A DNA stretch of 64,000 bases from assembly GCF_026571515.1 (NCBI RefSeq), contig NW_026862663.1:310001-374000 (forward strand), in the 5' to 3' direction. Of the stretch, positions 41,946-55,275 are shown in pieces. This DNA is from Ruditapes philippinarum (taxonomy: Eukaryota). Position 1 is the stretch's first letter. Each line of letters opens with the position of its first letter. The position numbers were made by a program, and so were the translations under genes. The notes beneath the pieces are model-generated. The model was given only the letters and a program-made list of their open reading frames with translations, was not told the origin of the DNA and did not search any database.

Positions 41946-44124
41946 TTTATCAGCAGAGAATGCCACAAGATCATCGGATTTTATGCACCCTGGAATAATT
42001 TTTACCGTTTCCTACAGGTACCCGAAACGGGTTTCCAATGTGGTATGGTCATTGTGGAGATGTTCACGCAATGTGGTCACTTCCCGCAGGCAAGGTCTAC
42101 TAGATGGTTGACGTTGTCGATGAACATCAAAAAGATTCGCCTGCCTGTATATACATGTATCATAAAGCTATCCAGCTTCAATATATATGTATCTTTATGT
42201 ATTCTTATAAAGAATGGGCTGTTCATCAAATTTAGTTCTTTTCTGTACGAAATCTGCTGTGGTCATAGTATTATTTTTACAATAGGTTTATCTCTTAGAT
42301 TTGGTTTTCTATTGCTAATCATGGTCATGCAACTACATAGTTAGGTGAAGAAGCAGACGCTTGTTTTGGTTGAGTCTATTATGTTTTGTTTAGGGGGTGA
42401 GTTGTCATACACAAATTTACAATTTATATGCATTTATTTTTCCAATGATTGTTATTATCTTAAATGCTTCTGGGATTGTTGTTTTATCAATTCATTTGTA
42501 AATAAGATTGTTATATGTCTAGTAACGGAATAATTTTAATGAACACGAAATTAGTTCACACCTACATGTGTATTGCATGGTAACGTGATGGTTTAAGCCA
42601 ATGAAAACACGTCAATATTATTATACTCAGGCAGAGAAAAAGTGTGCAAAGAGTAAATCGATAATCTTTATGTAGCAAGCAAACTTTAAATTGTAAGTAT
42701 TTTTTCATATCTTTTCGGCAGGATAAACTGTCCGAGGAGGGCCAGGCATTTTCGTATCGTAAAATGGCTGCCATTTACAGTATCAAGTGATTATCCCAAG
42801 CACCACCGCGACTTAGCGCGGGAATTTTAATTATAGCTAACCTCGGCGCGTCTCATAGGATGGAAAATACCTTTTTCATATTTTATTGTAATAAATATTT
42901 ACAAACTGTGTCTTTCGGGTTTTTTTTATCAATATATAACCAATAATGATGTTAATATGAATAAATAATCATATCTCAAATCTGTGACTATGATTTACAA
43001 TGAAATTCTACCTTAAGTGTATTAAAAAGGTTTTTAATTTCCTGTTATTTTATTTTGTGATTATGCTTAAAAACAGTCAATTGACCGTGAATTTTCTTTT
43101 CATATTTTGATTTTCTTGAAATCATTTTTCTCATCTGAAGGCATGCGACTTTAATATGATGATACATTAATTACATTTCATGAAAATGTTTAAAGATATT
43201 TAATATCTCATGACATGTTTGTTCATTTTGCATTACACCTTTAATTCAGCAAACATAAAGTCTTCACAAAAAGTAGTATGCAATCGTACCTACGAGTATA
43301 TTACATACGAATGTATGTAATATTTTTCTTGTTATAACTGAAAAAAGTTCGTGGACTTTTATAATACATGTATGTTATTGACCACTGTATAAACCTATAC
43401 TCCATTTCATTGAAATAAAAACAACTTTAACTACTCAACTGTTGAACTAAAAAAAATTTGGGAGAATAAAATTTGAATCGTTTCAGAAGCGTGAATTATG
43501 TTATACAAATAAAAGGACATCTTTTTATCACCCTAAAGTGTCGTTATGTTTACAGTAGCAATCTAAAAATAGCTTAAAAAATCGATTTTTGGAGCACCAT
43601 TGTTATCATGCATTTTTTTCTTTATTACTAAATTAATCCAAATGTGTTTGTGTCTAAATGACGGCAATAATATGGATAAAGAAATTGCTATGAATATACA
43701 TGTATTGATATTATAAGTGCATTCGGTTTGAGAACAATTTTAAACAAAGCGTTCGTTTTCAAAGATCTCTAGTATAATAACATTACTTCATGTACCATCT
43801 GTACTTTTTTTTAATATTGGAATCCCGCCCAATTAAAAAAAACACAATCTAAATATAGATGGGAAATACCTTACAAAAATAGAAATTTATCTATTTTTAA
43901 AAGCGGAAAATCCACTGTATTATAGAGTGTATCTATTTATAAATAGACACACGCATAGTCCGTATTATATTCGTTTAAATTTTTGGAAAGGAAACATTAT
44001 CTGATTATTACAAGTGTCGATCGGTATTCTTCCATAAAATCAATGGATATTTCAGCTAGGTCGAGGTTTTAACGTGTCTGTATATACTTTGAGTATTACT
44101 TGGATTATTTCACGATTTCCCGCA

Positions 44125-44136
44125 TGCGCATGCGCA
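44125..44136. promoter_or_regulatory. Perfect NRF-1-type palindrome TGCGCATGCGCA ~130 bp upstream of the A2 ATG
   Basis: Exact match to YGCGCAYGCGCR in AT-rich DNA; TATA-like tatatagata at ~44179. Confidence 0.5.
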
Positions 44137-44267
44137 AAAGTGATAATTTTAAGCGCGAAACCGGCAATGTAAAAAACGTATATAGATAGACCGCAAGACC
44201 ATCATCGTCGGATTTGGATTCATAAAGCAACCCCTTAAGAACCGCTTTTAGAAATATTTCATGTAAG

Positions 44268-46230
44268 ATGGGTGTTGAATTACAAAATAATTTCGTTGAT
44301 GGATTTTATTGTTGGGATAATAACTCGAATTCTAAATGTCAAACAAATGAGAGTGGAAACGGCTATAGTACATTAATCAGTAAAAACAAAATTGTAAAAC
44401 AGTGCTTGAAGACAAAGGTCATTGGAAGTTTAAAAAGTCGTGGGCTTGACCATGTTGCCGCAGATTTTAGCCCCAAGCAAAATTATCCGGTTAGTTTAAT
44501 GCTTTGCTTGTTTTGTGTGTGTGTGTTTTTTTTGTTTTTGTTTGCTAGGGGTTTTTGTGGGGGTGTTGTTTATTTTGAAGGGGGTGTTTGTTGCTTTTTT
44601 TTCTCTTTTTTTTGCTACATGTACATATATATTATTCACTACCGCGTCAAAAATTTAAAATTACATAAAGAATTACTAGCTATACTTGTACATTTTTGTA
44701 CCTCAAATTCCTGAAAAAATATAACAATAGTGTTCAAAAGAGAACAATAAAATCAAAATGATTTTTGTATTTACTCAAAGCAAGTTTTTATAGGCCCATC
44801 CTGCTTCAGAAATACTTTTATTTCTCAAAAGCTTTCTATTTTTGGTATACTTTTATAGTTTCATCGGCAAAATACCTGAACCGCCTTTTGCCTCAGTTAG
44901 TACAGTTATAGTGATTTAGTATTTTGTGTGGTAGTCAAAATACTACTTTGATTATATTTTGCTACTTTTATGGCATATTATTTCACATTTTAAATATAGC
45001 TAGTTTTTTAAGGTTACAGTCATCTAACATGCTCTAAAACTATTATTTTAACGTTATGAATTCATCTTTGCCTTTTCAGAAGGAGTAAAATTATTTGTTT
45101 TGAAGCATAATGTGCCTTTTAAGATACCGACCCGAACACTAGTTTGAATCATTCTTTTATTGCATTAGAAAACACGAGTTTCTCTTAATTTTGAATAAAA
45201 TAAGTACTCCTTTATACGTGTATCTATTTTCTTTAAGGGTAAGTTTTTGTTGTTTTTTATTATTATAATTTCAACCGGATTTACATAGTTTAAATTTTAT
45301 TTTCAGATGACGAAAGAAGAAATCGAGAAAGATAGAAGAAGGAGACAAAGTAACAGGGACTCGGCCAGGAAATGTAGGGAGAAACAGAAAGCTGAGGACA
45401 ATGAAAATATGAAGGTCTTTAATGTTTTATGTGATAAATAATAATAATAATGACAATAATAATAATAATGATAATAATAATAATAATAATTATACTAATA
45501 ATAATAATAATTAATAGTAATATGATGATGATGATGATGATTGTTTTTATTTTAGAATGTTCTGTATAACATTGTCACTGAATGTTCGCACACGGCAAAA
45601 ATAATGTTGAATATTTTTTTATCTATTTATTTGTTTGTTCNNNNNNNNNNNNNNNNNNNNNNNNNNNNNNNNNNNNNNNNNNNNNNNNNNNNNNNNNNNN
45701 NNNNNNNNNNNNNNNNNNNNNNNNNNNNNNNNNNNNNNNNNNNNNNNNNNNNNNNNNNNNNNNNNNNNNNNNNNNNNNNNNNNNNNNTATCGCTGCTGAA
45801 AATGCAAAAAGAGAAACTTTTAGAAGTTGTCAGCAAATCCGAAGAGGAAAAGAATAGATTATTGTATAACCTAAAATTAGTGTTACCAGACTCCTATATC
45901 ACGGAAGCTTTAAGAAAAGTAGAGAATGTGACAGCTGAAAAAGATCGCATATTAGCTGATCAATCTTCTAACTGTGCGGTGACAGTTCCAATAGATAGCC
46001 CTAATTTTTCTGAATGCTTCGTCTTGGAAGAAAACAGTTCTATTGAAAGTTTTGTATTGACTTCCTTTGATAATTCCACGGGTGAAGAAGAAATCATGGA
46101 CGGTTCTGTTGAATATTTAGAAGTTACTAACGAAGAGACGGTACCAGTCATTGATATAAATTATGATGAAAATTCAACAGTAAATACAATTATATTTGAA
46201 GACCCAGGCGTCAGTCATACATTGCTGTGA
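44268..46230 (+). CDS. Fos/ATF3-type bZIP transcription factor, cluster gene A2, ~258 aa; exons 44268-44489, 45307-45414, ~45784(in gap)-46230
   Basis: Same tgtaagATGggtgt start and DFSPKQNYP exon end as A1. 108-nt exon MTKEEIEKDRRRRQSNRDSARKCREKQKAEDNENMK; zipper LKMQKEKLLEVVSKSEEEKNRL followed by LPDSYI. The exon 3 acceptor is hidden in the N gap (~4 nt missing by alignment to A1). Confidence 0.85.
45438..45541. repeat. (AAT)n/(GAT)n microsatellite in A2 intron 2
   Basis: Read directly. Confidence 0.9.
45641..45787. other. Assembly gap covering the A2 exon 3 splice acceptor
   Basis: N run ends within the inferred second codon of exon 3. Confidence 1.
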
Positions 46231-49200
46231 TTGGTAAATGTATCATATCAATTCTGGAGAGAGAAAATCCAACTTCTTTTGAAACATTTTCTGGCATTAT
46301 GACTGTATCTTAGTTAAAACACAAATGTATTTATTTTAGCTCGAAACAATTTCTTGCAACTTATATTAATCACTTTCGTGCCCGCTTCCTAGATTTATGA
46401 AAAATTATGATCGTGTCCCGAGAAGGGCTCTAACACACGATCCCTTGGTTGAGAGACTGACACCTGAACCACTATGCCATTTGACCAGATTGTTAAAACA
46501 TGAATTAACAGAAACAACACTTATAACGTGAAATCATAATAAAATAATGCGTTTGTTATATTGTATAAAGCTATATATCTGCTGCAAAAATATTAAATTG
46601 CCTTTTAAAAACGCAAATGGCTTAGCTCGAAATCATTGCTAAACGGATAAAGCCCTACATTAACAAAAATGATGAAAATCTTTGGAATTACCCAAAATCT
46701 AGTTTTTCCATGTTAACATGTGGTCTTTCACCTAATTTTGGTGAAAAATTGTTGTTTTGTAACATATTTAATATTTTTAGCTGAATAATATTTTGTTCCA
46801 GGACACTTTATTCTGTTTGCGAACAATATCCATATGTAATAAACAATAGAATTTTTTGTATGTTGCCACTGTTTCCAAAATCGACCAATACATTTTGGAA
46901 CCAATACAATTTTACTGCAATACTTAATAAGATATATAGCTACTCGTTGTTAAATAATATATCTGCAGTCTATATTTCATCATGATTAAGGAATTATACT
47001 ACAAAATTAACAATAAATGAATAATGGTTTTATTTTGTTTTATTAAATGAAATAATAAGTTGTTATATACGTATATAACTTGTGTTTCTTCTTTATTCAT
47101 AGTCTTATGTTGTTTTATTTCACCTTAGTTCTTGCATATATTTGCCAACTGCTCAAACATGTGAAGAATTTACGTATGAATATTCTTCATATCATGAACT
47201 CGTAAAATATTCAGTTTAAACACGCAGTATTAGAAATTCCGCTCAAATTTATAAGTCAAGCCTATATCTGGGTTCCCTAGTATAGATCTATATTTAGCCC
47301 AAAATTTAAAAAAAAGGGAAACCACTATAATATACAAAATTATCAGTAGATGTTGATGTTCATATACATGTTATTTCATGGAATTTTAAAAAGATTTTGA
47401 AAAGGTACGTGTCAGATTACTAACTCTGTTATGACTACACAAGTACGTATGTCCGAACTGAATATGTTTTGACGTATACGCCATTTTGAGAAGAAATGCA
47501 TGAATATTTTTATATAATTACAACTTGGCACAGACTGATTAAGTTTAGTTAGAAAGGTAAACTATGATACGGTATATGTTTTGTATGTTATTGTGGTTGT
47601 TTTTTGTTTCTGTTGTTGTTTTTTTCCGTTCTTTTTGTTTTAATTTGCACAGAAACAGTGGATCTATTCTAAAAAAAGGGTTGCTGATACCCGAAAGAAG
47701 AATATTTCATTATAACTATAAATAAAAATCATTAGATTGTGTTGTGTAAAGTGCGATACAGCACATTGTGGTGTTTTTAGGAATGATATATACCTATTAC
47801 ATTTTACTACTTCGCATAAGCATACAAGTGATGTTAATATATATCATGAAACAGTTACATCGTAACATATTTTGTTCATAAATTTACAAAAACATATATT
47901 CAGATGGATTTTATGTGCATGTTTTTCCCCCACAAAATAGCAGATCGGATATCACGTTCATGCTAGTACTAGAACTAGCCCAACAAATTGTGCGCTTTAG
48001 GGCTTTTTATATAGACGACGGTCGCCCTTTGTAAAGACAGACATCTATGAAATATCAGATTATAAAATCGGTCTGTCTTGCAGTCGAAATATTGAGACTA
48101 GTACTAGTACATAATAAGCCTGAGTGGATGAGTCTGTGGAGACCGAGTTTCAATATTCTTCAAAGTATTCATAGTCATATGTCTGTTTCTGTGCAAGTAA
48201 TATAAGCATTTTCAACCACCATTTTTTTTTCAGAAAATAGACAAATGTAACACCTACTACATGCATTTTTATTTGACAGAAATTTAATCAATTTAATAAT
48301 CTGAAGTGTTGTTATTTCTCCAGACAAACCATATTCCAGAAGTCTGGCAGCAGAACATTTCATCGATCATTTTAATGCTTTCAATTCATTAAGAGCAAGA
48401 TTGGTAATCACCATTTTTTTTAATCGAACGGTAGTACATCGGTATAAAGAAAAAAACACGCTCTCAAATAATGACTAATCGTGTGAATGAGTGGACATTA
48501 GATTTCCTTATATAGTGTGTTGAATCATGTAAAATTAATACACGAATGTTGTCAACAATTTGTGTCCTTTTGCCAATGAAATTTGATCGAGGAAAATTAT
48601 TCACTTATAGCTTTTTGTAACAACCAGACTTAACTAGACTTAACTTGATATGCATATATGTTAGTCTCGACTATTTTCCGAAGTTTGACGGAAGGTCCGA
48701 GTTGTAGGCAATTGGTAAAATGTTGTTCGATACATACAAAAATTAAAAATATAATGAATCTTTAGTTCTCATTTCCTGTGCTATTATGTATTTTACAAGA
48801 AATACTTAATCATTATATCAGTTCTTGGGATCACACGGCGATGTTAAACGTTTAGAGCATATCTATCTTACTTCAAGCGTTGATAAACTAAAGTTTAAGA
48901 TATCTTTGTAATACGGTTGTTGATATGTATGACAGTAATCTCATGATAAGTTTCAATAATTTTATGCCAGTATAACAGCATTAAGTAGGGTGATAATACT
49001 TGAATATGAATATAGGGCTTTTCTATTTTAGTCATGGTGCTGTTGCAGAAATTCTTATTCACATTTAAAAATAATGTTGATTCTCACATGCATTTGAGCA
49101 ATGTAAGAATTGAGTTTCATTTTAGATTCCTTGCCAACATCTAATGACGACATGGACACGGTATTAGCATTACTGTGATCTTTTTTATAACATGCAGTAA

Positions 49201-49464
49201 CATATACTCCCAGTTAGCTTGTACAGAGATATCACTCTCTCAGTTAGCATGTCATGTAACAGTATTTATATGTTAACTGATATTGGACTCTTCATTACAT
49301 TTATACATATCAAAGTTACATAGACTATCCGGCCTTTTACGTGTATATACATCTTTTGAATAAAATAAGACAAAATATATGAAAACATAAGTCCAAATGA
49401 TGTTGAACTGCCTTAAAGCATGTACAAACATGTTTCATTTATATTGAAATATCTTTTATCATAT

Positions 49465-50255
49465 CTAAATATGTTCCAATTGTAATGAGCTCTCGAGGGC
49501 AATATAAACATGTATAGATATGTTTCAGTGGTAATGAGCTCTCGAGGGCAATATAAACATGTATACATATGTTTCAGTGGTAATGAGCTCTCGAGGGCAA
49601 TATGAACATGTTCTAGTGGTAAAGAAGAAGATATCTCCGTTAGCATGCATAAATATGTTCCAGTGGTAATGAGCTCTCGAGGGCGATATGAACATGTTCT
49701 AGTGGTAAAGAGGAAGATATCTCCATTAGCATGTATAGATATGTTTCAGGTGTAATGAGCTCTCGGGAGCAATGTAAACATTTTCTAGTGGTAAAGAAGA
49801 AGATATCTCCATTAGCATGTATAGATATGTTTCAGAGGTAATGAGGTCTCGAGAGCAATATAAACATGTTCTAGTGGTAAAGAGGAGGATATCTTCATTA
49901 GCATGAATAGATATGTTTCAGAGGTAATGAGCTCTCGGGAGCAATATAAACATGTTCTAGTGGTAAAGAGGAAGATATCTCCATTAGCATGTATAGATAT
50001 GTTTCAGAGGTAATGAGCTCTCGGGAGCAATATAAACATGTTCTAGTGGTAAAGAGGAAGATATCTCCATTAGTATGTATAGATATGTTTCAGAGGTAAT
50101 GAGCTCTCGAGGGCAATATGAGAATGTTCTAAGGAATCTCGTTAGCATGCATAGATATGTTTCAGTGGTAATGATCTCTGGAGGGTTATATAAGAATGTT
50201 CTAGTAGTATAGAGGTAGGAACTTTCGTTAACATGTATAGATATGTTTCAGTGAT
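49465..50255. repeat. 86-bp tandem array (~7 copies) preceded by shorter 49-bp variants
   Basis: ggtaatgag(c/g)tctcg recurs at 49530, 49579, 49665, 49837, 49923, 50009, 50095, with a variant copy at ~49751. Confidence 0.9.
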
Positions 50256-51596
50256 GCTTTAATCTGCGTTGGGATTGTATTATATTTCAGTTGGATGTAT
50301 AAGCATATTTCTGTGACACATGACACCATGTAAAAATTTTACAATATTAGGATCCTTTTTTGCAAAAACCTTTTGCTGACCATTACAAAACCGATGAAAC
50401 TTTATTTTTAGGAACACATTTTTAAGGAATTGATAGTTTGACATGAATGTCGTCTAAAGTTGGCTTGTTTACATTTTAAATTCGAAATCTGCTTTTGAAA
50501 ACGAAACTTACAAAATACATTTACCAATTTAATTGTCATGATATTATCGATTATGTAAATGCTAACTGTTACAATTTGCTAATTTACGTTGCTATTGTAC
50601 TTATTGGTTTACAATTTCGATTGTTTACAATCAAATCTGGCTTGCTCTAAATTTCATCTTGTATGCTGTTTACAAAACCCGATGTGTATATCATAATTTC
50701 ATTTGGCTGAATTAAAGTACAATATAGTTTGGTGATATATTTCAACATGTCGGGACTGTATACATTGTATAAACATTGATATTTCAATATTGCTCTGTCA
50801 CAATGCTACCAGACCTCAACACACGTTGTCATCACACAATAGGAAATATGTAATCAGCCACAAAGCAAAATGAAAGTAAGCATAATGTCAAATGCAAAAA
50901 GATTGTCACATTTTCATACAAATGGATGCATGTTCGTTTGTTTTCAAAATGTAACGGACATCCCTGTTTGCAAATATCTCAACGGTACAGAATAGGGCAG
51001 CCAAGTTTTATTCAAGTATTGGTAGGTATAATTAAAATGCTGCAGTTTGCGGTGATACACATATTTGATAGTATATTTGTTGGAAATCTGTGTTAGCAAT
51101 TTGGTGTAGACTTACCAATATGGATCAATCAAGATTAATTAAGAAAATCTTTATTTTTGACAAATTGATTGTCAAGAAAAATAAGTAAAAATGAAATAAT
51201 AAAGTATGCCATGAGTTTAAACAATATCATTGCAGGGTTCTTATTACTGGAGCTCAGTTTTTGAAAGTTGATATATTTAGTACCATACTACCTATAATTA
51301 TAGTAGATTATATATAAGGTTAACCGCGAAACAGCACAGGATGGGTTAGGATGTGATTAAGCCTGTTCATGGATGATCATTGAAAGAGCAAGCTACCGTC
51401 CACACCCCTTAGCATCGGCTTTAGCAGAATTCAAATTGAATAATCGTTTGTCTCTGAGCAATATTGTAAATAAAATAGAAGAAAAACAGCACTTTATTAT
51501 TCACCAATTAGCTCACAAAACTGTTTGTTTTCTCTTTTTCAGTTTTCATAGTTATCCAGCAATATTTGAGTTTACTACTGTAATACAGCTCAATGT

Positions 51597-53872
51597 ATGA
51601 GAAAAAACAGTGTACCTTCTCAAAAGATCGACAAGAGACGAGAAGCAAGGGCAACCAGTTTTTCTAGCCATGTTACTGTACATAACAAATCAAAGCCAAA
51701 TCAAAGTTTATCTTCACCAGCAACTCCAGTACATTCCCAATATTCAATCACGTCGAGTTCAAACATTTTAACACCAAGTGAAACAGCATATTTTACCAGT
51801 TCTCTAAATGAAGGATATGGGAACGTCGAAGAAGTTTCTGAAAACTTTTCTTTTGACACAAACGTTCTTAATGAAAATGACGAAGAAGAAATTTTTATAG
51901 CAACCCCTTTAGAACTGGGTTATTTTCCTGCTTCTGATGCAAATGATAAAGAATTTGATTTTGATTCATCTAAAACCTGTTTTTCAACATTTGATTCAAT
52001 AGAAACATATACTTCTCCTTTTCATTCCACGCTTTCTAGTAACTCTGACAGTGACTCAGATACAGAGGATAAATTTGTGTTATTTTCTGATACTTCATCC
52101 GACGAAGAATACTTTTCCGTAACTTCACCAAAGTATTATGATATAAAACCATTACCATCCGGAAACTTGCCCAACTTTGACGAACTTGAACCAGTTAATA
52201 AGGACAAAGAATTGTTTAAGCCTCCGGTAAATCCGCTAGTTTCTAAAAGAACACCAACAGCAACAACAACTTATTCGTCAGAATCAAATGTAGAAGAATT
52301 ATCATATATCTTTGACAAATCGCATTCTTCAGTTAAAGACGGTCATAAGAAAGAGAAACGTGAAACATCAATAGCAGCAGACGAAAAGAAGACTGCAACA
52401 TTTTGTTCAACAAATATTCAGACAGCATTGTTAAGTAAAATAACACCAGATAGAAAAAGTAAGAAATTATACCACAGTCCTTTCGACGACTTTCTTAATA
52501 TGCAATTACAAAGGAAAACTCTACATACAGAAGAACCTGGGTCTAAATCAGGACATGACAGAGATATAGAAGTGGACCTTGAAAACTTTGAGACTGAAGT
52601 TGGCAAAGCGTTTGAAGAGTCAGTGAGTGAAGGATCGTTAATGCCATTACTAAAACAGGAACTTCAATGTAAAATACAGGTCAGACGTTTATCAATGGGA
52701 CAATCTGAGTTAGTGCTTGAACCTGAAGAGCCAAAGGTATATAAAGTAAGTACAAAGGGAACTTTTAAGAACAACATCCAACTTGAAAGAGAAAGAAAAA
52801 ATACGAATTTTAAAGTGGATTACTTTTCACTGAATCTGGATTTATATCATGTTTCAGTTATTATAGCAATTGAATATTTTTGAAAACAGTGCCTGTATTA
52901 TTTATAAATAATTTAAGAGTGGTTGAAGTAATTTAAATGCATTCAATCAACTAGAATAATAATTATATTTTCCGCATTTCACTAACATTAGAAAACTCTT
53001 GCTATATATATTATATTGGAAATGGTACTGATACTGATGGCAATTCTTTCTTTTTAGATGCAGACGCTTAGTAAAATAAATTGAGACTTCATCTCATGAC
53101 AATTTGTAGGTAGTAAAACAAATATATGAGTCATTTTTCATCAATGCTTTTAGTTTGTTTGTGCAAATTTATCATTCGATAACTCGAAAAAACAAACTTG
53201 TTGTAAATTTTGTTATTTAAATTTTTCTTATTAAATGATATTAATAAAAATTATATTCTTATTCATTATAGCTTACAGAAGATGAAATAAAAAAGAAACA
53301 GGCACGCCTAGAACAGAACCGTAGATCGGCAAAGAAATCGAGACACAAAGCAAGAAAACATGAACAGAATCTTTTAAATGTAAGTTTTTTATTATAAACA
53401 GTTCCACAACATTTGATAACATTCTTCTTTTAGTTTAAACATTATTTATTTAAGCTTTATCATGAAAAAATATTTGGACTACTCCTTAGTGTATAACCTG
53501 GAAAAGCCAGCTTTGGTAACATATAAAGAAATATGTACATGTATGTCATTCAGGTGCTTTTATATAAGGATACATTAAATTGAAATGACAGATAATTGAG
53601 TACATTTAATTTTAATTAAAGTAATATTTTTTCTTAGCTAACACGTATGTTGATTTTTAGAATTCTTCTACTGCAATGGACATGTTAACATATTAAATAT
53701 ACAAATGTTCTGTTTTTAGCACATCAAAAAGGCAATGACAAAAAATACAAAACTGCGAAAAGAAATTTCAAAACTGCAGACGATAAGAGACAAGTATAAA
53801 AAGACGTTTGATCTTCACATGGTGTCCTGTACAGCAACAAGTTCTTCAACAAGTTCTTCAACGCCACCATAG
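51597..53872 (+). CDS. ATF3/Fos-type bZIP transcription factor, cluster gene B1, 469 aa; exons 51597-52745, 53272-53379, 53720-53872
   Basis: Long Ser/acidic exon ending PLLKQELQCKIQVRRLSMG...VYK|gtaagt (ATF3-like KEELRxxI motif). 108-nt exon LTEDEIKKKQARLEQNRRSAKKSRHKARKHEQNLLN. Zipper ends FDLHMVSC, the Fos/ATF3 H-x3-C motif. A candidate acceptor at 51541-51542 suggests an upstream UTR exon. Confidence 0.9.
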
Positions 53873-54514
53873 CCGAGTGTCAGATTATCATAGCTTCAGC
53901 TGGCTGAAAGCTTTAGCATAGAGAAAGTCTTGATGGGCATTACTTAAATACGCGCGATTAATCCAGCAGTTTTTAAAGATATGTATAGTACCCAAATTAC
54001 AGACAGGTATTTTACATTGGACCGTCTGTTGATATACTGCGTACAATGTATGAGTTTTACATGCACACATGAACACTTTAAACATGTCACAATTGTTTAA
54101 CGGTGCAAATGCAACTTGGATGAAACATGTTTAAATGTCTACATGTAGGTATTAAGTATTATTTTTCTAAAGAAGTTGGCAAAACGAAACATCAGTAATG
54201 TGTACAATTGATTCCTCAGAACGATGAACAGATGATGTATATATCCCTTTTCATATTTGAATTAGTAAATATAAGAATCAGTTTCCAAATATCTTATACA
54301 TTTTATCGCTTTCATATTTTAATTCATAGATTGTAACAGTAATTCTTACGTACTACTCGTACAGATATTAACTAAAATACTTCGACAATTTTTTACTGGT
54401 CATAATTAACTTTGCTCTGTTTATTAGAATTATATATACATAAAATACTTTATTAAGAAATAACCTGAATATTCACCCGATTGTAATTCATACTCGTATA
54501 ACCTCAGCTTTATT

Positions 54515-54779
54515 TTAGCCGCGAACTGGTTTGTTAATATTTATTCATATTGTTGTCACATTGTCTTTTTATCTAATAATTCAAATACCTTTTATATGTA
54601 ACTACAATGCATACTTTTATGGGTTTTTTTGTATTATTATGGAACTTGTTAGCCGCGAACTGGTTTGTTAATATTTATTCATATTGTTGTCACATTGTCT
54701 TTTTATCTAATAATTCATATACCTTTTATATGTAACTACAATGCATACTTTTATGGGTTTTTTGTATTATTATGGAACT
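54515..54779. repeat. Recent tandem duplication (period 134 bp) downstream of B1
   Basis: ttagccgcgaactggtttgttaat...tatggaact at 54515 and 54649, nearly identical. Confidence 0.9.
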
Positions 54780-54985
54780 GACGTGTATGAATTTTTAATT
54801 ACATTTATCAAAAGTAATTGTTTCTGAAATACCAAACCCTTTAAGACATTACTAGCAAAAACAATAAAAGTAATTGTAAACAGGTTTTCTTTTACCTTCA
54901 ACTTCTTGATGGAGTAAGTGCTCTTTGACATTATCGGGAAATTTAGTATTTTTGGAAACGAAATAAATGTAAGGAATTCAATTGA

Positions 54986-55275
54986 AAATCCGAAGAGAAA
55001 AAGTATAGACTATTGTATAATCTAAAACTAGTGTTACCAGACACATATATCACGGAAGCTTTGAGAACAGTAAAGATGACAACTGAAAAGGTACAACTAT
55101 AAGCTGATCAACCTTTTTATTGTGCGGTGATAGTTTTAATAGATAGCCCTATTTTTCTGAAAGCTTCCCGTCTTGGAAGAAAAACAGTACTTGTGAAAGT
55201 TTTGTATTGACCTCTCTTGATAATTTCAAGGGCGATGAATAAACCATGAACGTTTCTGTTGAATATTTAGAAGTT
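54986..55275 (+). pseudogene. Pseudogenised copy of A2 exon 3
   Basis: Colinear with 45835-46126 (KSEEKKYRLLYNLKLVLPDTYITEALR...SVEYLEV), with an in-frame TAA at 55100-55102 and several indels. Confidence 0.88.

Noticed and set aside
52746-52883. C-terminal extensions of the ORF-track proteins (also 36387-36407, 44490-44714, 60057-60083)
   Set aside because: Read-through into introns beyond GT donors that sit at the same position in paralogs.
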